Part shown: piece after piece, positions 37,670 through 48,476 of the stretch | How the letters are laid out: each line of letters starts with the position of its first letter | How positions within the stretch are numbered: the stretch's first letter is position 1 | NCBI RefSeq assembly: GCF_964204645.1 | Contig: NC_134034.1 | Span: 5,988,914 to 6,052,913, forward strand | Source of the DNA: Tubulanus polymorphus | Taxonomy: Eukaryota > Animalia > Nemertea | Reading direction: 5' to 3' | Length of the DNA: 64,000 nucleotides | Made by a program: the position numbers and the translations under genes | The notes under the pieces: generated by a model | What the model was told of the DNA's origin: nothing | Database searches by the model: none | Seen by the model: only the letters and a program-made list of their open reading frames with translations

Positions 37670-39388
37670 ATGGCAGAAGGTGGAGAAGATATTGGAATTG
37701 ATACTTTTGGTGACGCTCCCGGTATAAGTGATGAACAACCACCTAATTTTGATGAAACAAGTTTCAGTAATGATAATAAAACGGCATATAATACTAATTT
37801 AGGTGAAGATGATGATTATGATGATGATTATGATGGAATTAATTCCGAATTACGTGAAAAATTAATTAAATATTTAAAAGCTCCTGAAAGTGGTAGAATT
37901 TCAACTAGAACACAAAGAAAAGAATTTATGAAACTATTAGAAAAACAACAAGAAAAATATCCTGATAAACCTATGGAATTATATAGAATGAAATCTAGAG
38001 TAACAGATACAATTGTAAACGAATTATTACCAAAAGTTGTAATAGATGAAATTGATTCAGAAGGTGTTGTAGAACAAATTTATAAAGATGACCCATTTTT
38101 CATCAATAATTTAGAATTTAAAAATGATTCATGGTATTATAATCTTGAATTAAATAGGAATATTGTAACAATTCAATTATCTAAAATGGGTCAAGAAAAT
38201 ATTTTTGAACCTGGAATGCGAGCATTATCTACAATTGAAGGTTCAAAAGGTGGTAGAGAATTTCTCAGAATTATATGGAATGCACTCGACAGAATAAATA
38301 AAGAAGAACCAATTCCTAATATTGATATAAACAAATATTCACCATTTAAAAATCCAAATCCAAATCCTACTGATGTTGATCCAGAAACTGATGAAGATTT
38401 TGCAAATCGATTAGGTAAATTAAGAACTTCAACACCAGAAACATCGAGAAGAGACACTCAACCAATTGATAATGATTCAAGTCAATTACAATTAACATTA
38501 GAAAAACAAATTGATAGATTAAGAGATTCAGAAGAAGAGATGAATAGTATATCAGATACATCTGGTGCTGAAACTGGAATAAATCAAATACAATCTTTAC
38601 TAGAAAAAGGATTACTTGATTTAACTGATGAAGAATTAAAACAATTTCCTGAAAAAGCACGTAGAGAAATTAAAGGTGTACAGATATCAGCTGGTGAAAT
38701 TGCTAATATTAAGATGAGATTTTCTAAAATAACCATGTTAGAAAAAGAATTAGCTAATGCAAATGAAGAATTAAAACAATTAGAATTAAATAAAAATCTT
38801 CAAGTAATAGAGGAAGCTGATTATGAAAGCAGAAAGTTAGCTTTAGAAAAAGAAATAGATGATTTAAAATATAACAAAGAATTACAGGAAAAAGAAAGAG
38901 ATACATTATTAAAATCATATGATCTTAATCATATTAAAAAATTAAAAGTTGTTGTTAAAGATTTGTTGATAAAACCAAATTCTAAAATATCATTGAAAGA
39001 TAGAATAAAATTATAATTTAAGTTAGAAGGTATAACAATTCTTTCAATTCTAACAGCTGTAACTATGTTATTTACAACAATTGGTTTAGCAATATCAAAT
39101 GCTTTAAAATCTACTCCTACTCCCAATAAATCAGATAAGCCCCCAGGTAATAATTCTATACAAGATAAAGTTAAAGATGGTTTAAAAAAATTAGCAAAAT
39201 ATTTATGGGAACTATCTAAAAAATCTGCTGCAGCATTGCCAGGAGTTATTGCATCAATTGTTGGTTTTATATTGAAATCTGCTGGGAATATTATTAACTT
39301 TGCTGCTGAACATATTATTTTATTTTTAATTACAGTTGTAAGTGCTATTATTTTTGGGTTAGTAAATATGATATCAAAAAATAAATAA
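37670..39388 (+). pseudogene. Large coiled-coil/membrane protein, one stop at ~39016
   Basis: N- and C-termini shared with P1/P3, central part unrelated. Confidence 0.78.
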
Positions 39389-39409
39389 TTAATTTTTTTT
39401 GTTAAATAA

Positions 39410-40657
39410 ATGAGTGGGAGTTATATAAGATCTTCTAAGATTTCTAGAATATCTAATGCTATTAAAGCAGAAAGATCACATCATATAATTACTCATAACC
39501 CTTCTAATATTAATCCCGATGAAACTTTATATGTTAGAATTCCGAGATTAACACAAAATACTTTTTATGTTCCAAATAGTATTTATTTATCAGCCGATAT
39601 AAAAGTAATCGGTAATAATAATAATTATGTTGTTGATAATGTTGGAAGATATTTGATTAAAAAATTAACTATAAAGATTGGTCCAGAAACAGTTTTCTCA
39701 TTAGATGATTATAATTTATTCATGCATTATAAAGATTTATGGTTAACTAAAGAAAATAGAAATAATATGATATTTCAAGGAATCCAATCAGAAAACCAAA
39801 ATAAATTAAGATCAGAAGCTAATAGCGCAATATTAACTAATTCTGTAGATAAATTGATAAAAAGTATATATGGAAGCAAATATAAAATTCCATTAGACTT
39901 TGAATTGATAAATAACAATGCACCTTTATATAAATACGCAATTCAAGAAGACGTTATATTCGAAATAACATTTGCTCCTGTTAATGAAATTGTAATATCT
40001 AGCGTTAATAAAGATATGAGTTATAAATTATCGAATATATGTTTAGAATATGACACAGTTACTGATGAAAATATTTCAAGTATAATTCAAACTCAATACA
40101 ATCAAGGATTTTCATTATTATATGATTATATTGATAAATCTAAAACTGTAACTATTAATGCAAATGATGAAATAATTAATGAGAATATTAACTTCCCAAG
40201 AAGATCTATTAAAAGTATATTAATATTTTTTACCATTGCAACATATACTAATGGCGCAATAAATGTTGATAATTATTATAATCCTGAAATAACAAAAGTA
40301 GAAATAACTATCGAAGGAATAGCAAATAAAATATTTTGTCAAGGAATGAGAATGATTGATCAATGGCCAGAAATTAGAAAACATTTTATGAATGAAAAAG
40401 TAAAATCATCTGAAAATTGTAATATTAATTAAATTGATTATAATACCGGTAATAAATATGCATTATGGTTAGATTTTGGAACAACAGAGGATAATTCATT
40501 ACATGGTTCTGGAAAAAAATTACAGAACACTAAAGATGGAATACAATTATTCATGACAAAGAATTAAGGAATCAAAAATTTCAAAATGCACATTTATATT
40601 ATATCTGACGCGCAATTAAATATTGTAAATTCTCAATTAAATAGTGTTATGTATTAA
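39410..40657 (+). pseudogene. Major capsid protein, premature stop at 40432
   Basis: Homolog of P1 14587-15829. Confidence 0.82.
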
Positions 40658-40689
40658 AATTTTAACTTTAATAAAAATTTATATAATAA

Positions 40690-41199
40690 ATGGAAGGAGG
40701 TGAAGTATATAAACATATTCCATACATCGATACACATGAAAATAATGATGGTTTATATTATGTAATACCTTGTAATATAGCTTTGATATTTGATCCTATT
40801 TTCAAAATTTATAAAACTAAACTAATAGAAATCGATAATAATAAAAGTGAAGTTGTTGATAATTTAAGTAATGTAATTGATAATAATGTAATACCTTCTA
40901 CATCTAATAATGTAATACCTTCTACATCTAATAATGTAATACCTTCTACATCTAATAATGTAATACCTTCTACATCTAATAATGTAATACCTTCTACATC
41001 AAATAATGTATTACCTTCTACATCTAATAATGCAATAATATTAAATGTTAGTGAAAATAGAAATTATTGTGATTATTGTAAAGGTGAATTTTCAAACGCT
41101 CCATCAAATTGGAATAATCATATGAATACAAATTCACATATTACTAATGTTATAAAACGTGTTGGTTTAAGAGAATTTATAGAACACCCATTTAGATAA
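40690..41199 (+). CDS. Zinc-finger protein with NNVIPSTS octapeptide repeats
   Basis: 24-bp tandem repeat, ~6 copies at 40882-41030; YCDYC..WNNHMNTNSH finger. Confidence 0.7.
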   Translation: MEGGEVYKHIPYIDTHENNDGLYYVIPCNIALIFDPIFKIYKTKLIEIDNNKSEVVDNLSNVIDNNVIPSTSNNVIPSTSNNVIPSTSNNVIPSTSNNVIPSTSNNVLPSTSNNAIILNVSENRNYCDYCKGEFSNAPSNWNNHMNTNSHITNVIKRVGLREFIEHPFR

Positions 41200-41486
41200 G
41201 TTCTTCATGTCAATTAAATCAGCTTGCCATTGTTGATCGATATATGAAACCATAACTTTTCTTGTTAAATAAGTTTTATCCATTTTTTGTGGATTTGATA
41301 TGTTGGTTGATTTTGTAACCATAATCTTAGTTCACTATATTTTATATCACCATATGGGTGCCGTACGGCACCATTACCATTTTCATTATCAGATTTAATT
41401 TTATTCCATAATTCTGAAACGTTAGAATATGATACTTCACTTTCTGGGTTATAATATAAATCTCTTAAATATTGTTCTTTTTTCAT
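41200..41486 (-). pseudogene. Truncated integrase N-terminus
   Basis: EQYLRDLYYNPES...QPTYQIHKK, then after a frameshift RKVMVSYIDQQWQADLIDMK; homology ends ~41200. Confidence 0.88.
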
Positions 41487-41493
41487 CTTATTT

Positions 41494-41860
41494 TAATCCA
41501 TTAATAATAATTTAGATTTAGTTTCAATGGCTTTATGATTTGACTTATTTTCTGGTATAATAGGTTTATTGTCATTGGAATCATATTTATCATCAGATTT
41601 GAATTTGATTTATATATTACACCGGATAATATAATAACTGTTACTAATCCAATTGTAATATATAATTTATAATTACTTCCAGCATTAGAAGAATCAGATG
41701 GATTATCATTCGAATCAATATCAGATAAAGTCTGTGATTCATTTATATCAGTTAATTTCTTTTTCTTAGCTTTTTTTAATTCTGAAGATCTTTAACCTAA
41801 TTCTCTTGCCCATTTAATTTGTTTCTCGGATCTAGCCTTTTTCTTAACTCCATCACTCAT
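41494..41860 (-). pseudogene. Gene Y homolog (basic N-terminus plus TM)
   Basis: Matches P1 18439-18773. Confidence 0.6.
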
Positions 41861-42455
41861 TTATTTTAGTTAGTTTTTGTTCTGATTCATTTTCTGTTTC
41901 GCTGTTTGGTTGTAGTACATCTGTTTCGTTCTTACCTGATTTACATTCCATAGGCTTGATATTCGAAAATGTTATGACGCCAGTAGAAATTAATGTCATA
42001 ACCGATCCTAATTGAAATGAAGCATATCCAACCCATTTTTGTAATTCAGTCCTAACTAAGTAGTCATGTTTCAAATCACTATATAATTTATTTTCATCAT
42101 CAATTGGTATTAACTGGTTACATAACTTAGAATAACATTTGACAATACCATCTGAAATAGAATCATTTATTCGGGCTAATCTTGCCTCTTCATAAATCTT
42201 AAAATATTTTATTACTTTATCTGGTTTCATAGCATCTAATTCTTGAAAAGTAATATTCTTAGTTAAAAACTCTTTAGTTTTTCCACCGGCAATCAATAGT
42301 TCTAGATGATGCTTACAATATAAATAGTATTCATAATCTGTATTACAATTAACTTGAGCACAATTAGTTACAACTGTATCTTTATTATCACTTATACCCA
42401 AATCATCTAATGTTTTTTCAATATCAATACTATTTTTATTAGATTTCTTAGACAT
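41853..42455 (-). CDS. Gene X homolog
   Basis: IEKTLDDLGI, YEYYLYCKH.LE.LIA shared with 17901-18488. Confidence 0.8.
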   Translation of the reverse strand: MSKKSNKNSIDIEKTLDDLGISDNKDTVVTNCAQVNCNTDYEYYLYCKHHLELLIAGGKTKEFLTKNITFQELDAMKPDKVIKYFKIYEEARLARINDSISDGIVKCYSKLCNQLIPIDDENKLYSDLKHDYLVRTELQKWVGYASFQLGSVMTLISTGVITFSNIKPMECKSGKNETDVLQPNSETENESEQKLTKINE

Positions 42456-42864
42456 TTATATTAGAGAAAAAAAGCAAAAAAATATTATAAGTATTCTTCA
42501 AATGATACTAGCTAGTTAAAGCTAAAGAATTCTAGTATTGACTACTGATACTAGCTATTTGAATTTAAAGAATTTCTATTTGAATCTATTCAAAATATAA
42601 AGTATTCTCTTTTTGAAAAGAAAATATTAAAAATATAATAGAATTCACTAGCTAGTTGAAGTTATTGTTTTTTTTATTATATTTTATTTAAATTCTATTT
42701 GATATCTCACTACTATTGTTTATCTATTAGGAGCAGTAATTATAACTGTCCAGATAAGTCATTTCGGACCCTTGATATCAAATTCCTCAAACTGAAAATA
42801 AATTCAAAGAAACGACTGGTGGAATTACTATTTCATAAACACATATATTTATTATACAAATTTT

Positions 42865-43220
42865 AGCGATCGATAATAGAACAATGGAGAACAATAGAAA
42901 AGCGGTTCAATCGGACTGGTTATTGCGCAATACACAGTTATATTTTTATTCTGTAAACTACAACATTCAAACATAGAAATGTAACCAATCAATATTGAGC
43001 AGCTGTTTCCGTCAACAACGATCAATAATAGAACAATGGAGAACAATAGAAATGCGGTCCAATCGGACCGGTTATTGCGCAATACACAGTTAACAGTAAA
43101 CAATCAATACAGAACAACCGCCGCCATTAACAACGATCAATAAAAGAACAATGGAGAACAATAGAAATGCGGTCCAATCGGACCGGTTATTGCGCAATAC
43201 TTAGTTAACAGTAAACAATA
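42865..43220. repeat. Three imperfect direct repeats with palindromic cores
   Basis: gaacaatggagaacaatagaaatgcggtccaatcggaccggttattgcgcaatac at ~42880, ~43030, ~43146. Confidence 0.85.
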
Positions 43221-44093
43221 CAATATTAAAACAGATATATACAATCGAGATTACATTTTTTGATATCTAAGACCTACAGTGTTATAATTTATAATTTTGT
43301 CCAGAATTCTTTAATTACTGGATTGTTTCCAATCATTTCTACAATTTCTGGTAAATATCTGACTACTTCACTAAATGCTAATCCTAATATTTTGAATTTT
43401 TCATATTTTATTAATCTACCTACTCTTCTCAGTTTGAAAGAAAACCGGCACTGATATCTCCACTCATTTTCTTAGTTTTCGATTCTTTGAGTCCGAACAG
43501 CAATTTAAGTCGCGTTGCTGGTAATTTTGGTAATTGTAGTTCGCGCGGTAATTGTTTATTATGTATTACATCACTCAGAATTTTCACCATGGATGATAGT
43601 CCAAATGTTCTTGTAGTTTTTGTTCGTCAATTACGAGAGTTTTATCCTCCATTTCTAATGATTCCTGAGTTTCACTATCCGTCGTTTCTGGTTCCTCATC
43701 CGTTGGTTGACTTGGAATTTCTGGTCGATCTCTGTATTCCATTTTAATCTAAAAGATGTCGTAAAAATGAATTACTGTACTTAAATATGTTTAAAGGTTT
43801 CCCTACTTCATAATATATGTACTTACATTTAGATTTAGAACTGTAAACTGTGTTTTGAGAGAGAATATCCAATGCGTACTATGTATGTGAAAGTTGATTT
43901 CTAACTGCCGACGTGGCGCACGTTCAACCAAACTAATTACTTCTGCACAGATGTTCTTTATGATGAAGTTAATTAATTCTTTAGAATTGAAAACAAGATA
44001 TATTTGGCAACATATGTTTTAGTAGTAAACAACCTAATACAATTACATATAGGCGGTTTGACATAGATCGAGAGTAACCGGTTTACTAAGCGC

Positions 44094-44750
44094 TTAAGCT
44101 TCAACGTATTTTTCATTATGTGTTGAATTCCATAATTCAACAAATGTCTTTGCTTTATCCAGTTGATCTAAACATAACTGTAAATCTAGTTTATTAGATT
44201 TAATTATATTTTCTTTCTTTTCTAAAGGTCTCAGATTCTTCCAATTCCAAATAAGTTTTTTATTGTATTCATCATTCATGTTAAATTTAGAAATCGGCAA
44301 CACATGATCAATATGAAAGTATTCACCATAATTATCTATATTCATTTTATCATCGAATTGATATATTATCCATGATATGAAAAATTCATCTGAACAACCC
44401 AATAAATTAGATAGTGTTTCTGAATGTGTTTCTTTGTTGAATAATTGTGTTAATTTAGATCTTAAGCATTGTTTCAATCTAAAATTAAGATCTGTTTGAT
44501 ATCTTTCTCTCATATATTCTGCCATATAATAATTATAATGTTCTATATTATCTTCTCGATATTGTTTGGTATATAGTTTAAAACAAGTTTTACAGCAATA
44601 TTGAAAACCATCTTTGCTAATCTTACGCTTACTAAATTCTGTTAAAGCTAATTTATCTAATTCACATTTAGAACACTTCTTGTAATATATATTTATAACA
44701 CCACCAGTGTTATTTGTAATATTTATGGTTTGTGGTTGTTCTGATTCCAT
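44094..44750 (-). CDS. Zinc-ribbon plus HNH (His-Me finger) endonuclease
   Basis: CSKC..CKTC; LLGCS; NYGEYFHIDHVLPISKF..NWKNLRPL..EN..K; intact. Confidence 0.85.
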   Translation of the reverse strand: MESEQPQTINITNNTGGVINIYYKKCSKCELDKLALTEFSKRKISKDGFQYCCKTCFKLYTKQYREDNIEHYNYYMAEYMRERYQTDLNFRLKQCLRSKLTQLFNKETHSETLSNLLGCSDEFFISWIIYQFDDKMNIDNYGEYFHIDHVLPISKFNMNDEYNKKLIWNWKNLRPLEKKENIIKSNKLDLQLCLDQLDKAKTFVELWNSTHNEKYVEA

Positions 44751-44771
44751 TTATTATACATATTTTTTCCT

Positions 44772-45227
44772 AAATTGATTTTAGAAGTTCAATGATTTAT
44801 ATCATGTATTATTTCAATCACACTTTACTAACTCACACAAATATGAATATTGAAATAATGTTGTAAATATATACTTTTATATCTATTCTATAAGAGCTTA
44901 AACTTTTATATTGAATAATCTGTCAATTTAAATGTTATTCATGTATATGATTATTTTAAGAGTAATAGGGGTAATGGGCTTTCAGGTTAAAGGGTGAAGG
45001 GGCGAGTGAGTAAAAAATGAAAAACATGAAAATAATTACAATTTCTACTTGAATTAGGAGTGAAACTCATAAAAATGAAAAATAAATTCGAGCGTGTGAG
45101 AATTTATTTTTCATTTTTATGAGTTTCGCGAGTAATTCAAGTAGAAATTGTAATTATTTTCATGTTTTTCATTTTTACGAGCTCGACCGTTCGACCTTTG
45201 GCTTGAAAGCCCATTACCCCTATTACT
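44772..45227 (-). repeat. P2 right TIR with palindrome 44961-45227
   Basis: Reverse complement of the left TIR. Confidence 0.93.
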
Positions 45228-45649
45228 GTAGGCAAATAAGGCAATCGCATACTCGACTAGAATCATGCTCGAATATATACTCCGAAAAATCGAACTCATA
45301 ACCATAAAAAGTAACAAGTCAAAGCCTAGTTAAAATTATATATGTGTACATTCATATATTTATTGTGGGTTCACTCGAAGTCGAATAAATGTAACCATAC
45401 GGAATAAAAGGCTATGATGTTCTTCCATTGCGCTGATCCTTGGTCGGAGTCGCCTTCGATTTTGGGTTCGAACGAAGTATTCGAGCGGGGCCGGAGCCCC
45501 GTCCGAGCGACGTGGTTTAAAATGACTTATCGCATCATTTCGGGGTCAATACAGACCTGGATAAGGCAATTAGATTACGTCTAGCGATTTTGTTACGTTT
45601 TCATTCTCTAAATTTTAATCACTTCAGTGTTGTTTTGTAAATATTTGTA

Positions 45650-48476
45650 TATTATATACAAATAAGTATTTACAATACTATATATACTATTGGAGGGATC
45701 TATATACATCTAAGCCGGTCTTAATGAATTTGGCTAAGTTGACCGTTGGGTTTTTCGGAATGTCAAGGGTATTAAAGGTATTCAAATTCAAATAGTTTTT
45801 GCGGGGTTCGTTAAGTAAGGTACAGTCAAAAAGAAAATGGGATTCGTCACCTAAAGTATTACAAGTGGGGCATATTCTATCGGCTCTGTCTAATTAAAGG
45901 TTTGTTCACAGGTAAAATATAGGACCCGACCCTAAATTCAAATAAACTAGTTCCTAAGTCATCACCAAGTTCTATTATATACTTCTCTAACCTAATATCA
46001 TTTTTATATTGCCTCAAGATAGTGTATATCGGATTAGTATTTATGGCAGATACGGTTTCTTGAAGGTGCTGGTCACGGAGTATCTGTTTTATTCGTTTTG
46101 AAAAAGATTTACTGTTAGTCATGAATTGCTGCGTCCAAATAAAGGACAAACCACAGTCATCAAACGTTTTCTTAATATATGATAACTAAGGGCTCTTAAA
46201 TTTATCCCTTAGAAATAAATTGAAAGATATTTTATAAAGTATTGAATTAAGTTTGGTTTGCTTTCCAGATACTGTTTTAACCCAAAAGTTAATCATCCTG
46301 CGTCTAACATCTATATTCAAAGGATAACGTCCTAGCTCTGATAAAACTTGTAATTTGTGAGAATATTTCGTCACTTTCATTAAGATTTTACAGAAGATGC
46401 AATGAATATTTTCTACAAGATTTTCGTACCCCCAGATCTCACACCCATACATGGCTATTGGAGCAACACACATATCAAATAATTTAAACATAACATCAAT
46501 GGGCAATTTCAAACGTCTGCCTTTTTGAACGATCGAAAACATAGCTCTCATAGCTTTATCGTAAAGATACTTTTTTGCCTTAGCAAAGTTACCATTCCAA
46601 TTAAATTTTACTCCGAGATAAACATAATCTTCAACTAACTCTAACTCTTGATCACCAAACATAAATTTCGAAATCGTTTTTATCAGGGATTGACTTCGCG
46701 CAAATACCAGTACTTTAGTCTTCTCTGGGTTTACAGTGAGACCATTAGCGGCACAATATTCATATAGGGTATCTAAGTGTAGCTAAAGAGATTTCTCATC
46801 CTCAGCAAGAATAACTGTATCATCCGCGTATAGTATTATGAATAAATTCAGTAAAGTATCAATATCCTGGTCACGATTCATATTTAATTTTTCAATAAAT
46901 GATTAAGTCGGTTTTCCACGAACCATGAAAAATTCTTCAATGTCGTTTAAGAATAACGAAAAGAGGATAGGTGAGAGATTTTCGCCTTGTGTTAAGCCTC
47001 TATCAGCTGCAAAGTATTGTGACGTGCAACCATTAAATTTTACACATGATTTTATGGAATTATACATATTTTTGACCACATTGAAAAAGTTTCCATTGAC
47101 ACTGTTAGCAATTAATTTTCGCCATAACGTTACCCTACAAATCGAGTCGAAAGCTTTCTTAAAATCAACAAAGGCGCAAAAAAGTCTTCTTCCCTTACAA
47201 AGATACAGCTCTACGATTGTTTTTAGCGTGTAAATATGATCAATGGTGGAATATTTCGATCTAAAGCCAGCCTAGGCTTCACTTATAATGTCATTCGAAT
47301 CTAGGAATGTTGACAATCTTTGATTTAGGATACTTGTAAATAACTTACCAAGACAGCTAACTAAGGTAATACCTCTATAATTATCGGGATTAAAGGGATC
47401 GCCATTCTTTTTGAAAATGGGTTTGATGACGCCTATAGACCACATCTCTGGAACATCCTGTTTAACTAAAGTGAATAATTTTTGTAATATATCAACTTAA
47501 AACGGGTACTGACTAACTCCCAACAGCTCATTCGTGATTCCATCAATGCCTGGGTCCTTATTGTTTTTGAGTAAAGAGATAGCCTTAACTACTTCATCAC
47601 TGGTTATATCAATGTTCAAAACATAATTGTCATGGACAGGAGGGTCACCCACGTCTGGGGGCTCATCACCGTCATCGGTTTCGTTGTCAACATTATTCAA
47701 ATCATTTAATCTCATAAAATGTTCAAGAAAAATATCAATATCTATATTTGCCTCATTATCTTTTGTTCTGCTCGCAGAGTTTAGCATCGACCGATACTTT
47801 TTTGGGTTATTAATTTCGCATTCTCTCAATTCCTTAATAAATTCATCTTTTTGTTTTTTCTTATTTTCTCGGATGACCTTTTTATAGTTTTTAGATGAGT
47901 TCTTAAGGGATTCAAAATTGGAAGGGGTAGGGCAACCCCTATATCTTTTTTTCATATAATTATATTTCTTCTGTGCATCTCTCCAGTCCCTGCCAAACCA
48001 TCTGTTGCGAACCGGTTTTTTGCAGTTATTACTTTTCCTACTTTTTCTATGGTACAACAAATTACACTCATCAGCACTTGATAATAAAGAAGATACAAAT
48101 CTATCGGTAAGTCCATTAATGTCATCTGGCGATTGATTTCCTAGATCCTGCAACCCATCCAAAAGTAACTTATCTAAATCATTATCTCGTAATTTTGATT
48201 GTACATTCAGGAAAAATTGATTTGATCTAGTACTGTCCCATCTAATGGAAGTGTTAAAGTTTGCGTGTTCATTACCCCTTTCATTATCGCTTGCAATGGT
48301 GTCCCTAAAGTTCGTATACACGCACAGATTATGTCCATCAGATAATAAAGGGTCAAAAGGCATTAATTCAAAGTCCTCAACATAACCAAACAGTTCTAAA
48401 TCACACACAAAATAATCGATGACACTAGTGTTCCTAAAAGTATAATTACCTGTCTGATCATTGCCACATCTGCCAT
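45650..48476 (-). mobile_element. LINE A, 3' part (APE C-terminus and RT); continues at 51851
   Basis: SVIDYF, SDGH, PGIDGI.NE, NYRGITL, FVDFKKAFDS, QGENLSP, YADD, YGCEIWG; left end approximate. Confidence 0.9.

Larger units (their letters stand above)
29135..45227 (+). mobile_element. Polinton/Maverick element P2, TIR to TIR, 16.1 kb, lacking ATPase and most of the integrase
   Basis: AGTAAT...ATTACT ends; ~460-480-bp TIRs; TSD GTAGGC at 29129-29134 and 45228-45233. Confidence 0.97.

Noticed and set aside
42865-43220. Possible CRISPR-like array (also 17600-17868 and 19349-19949)
   Set aside because: Few long units, irregular and partly repeated spacers, no cas genes, eukaryotic context.
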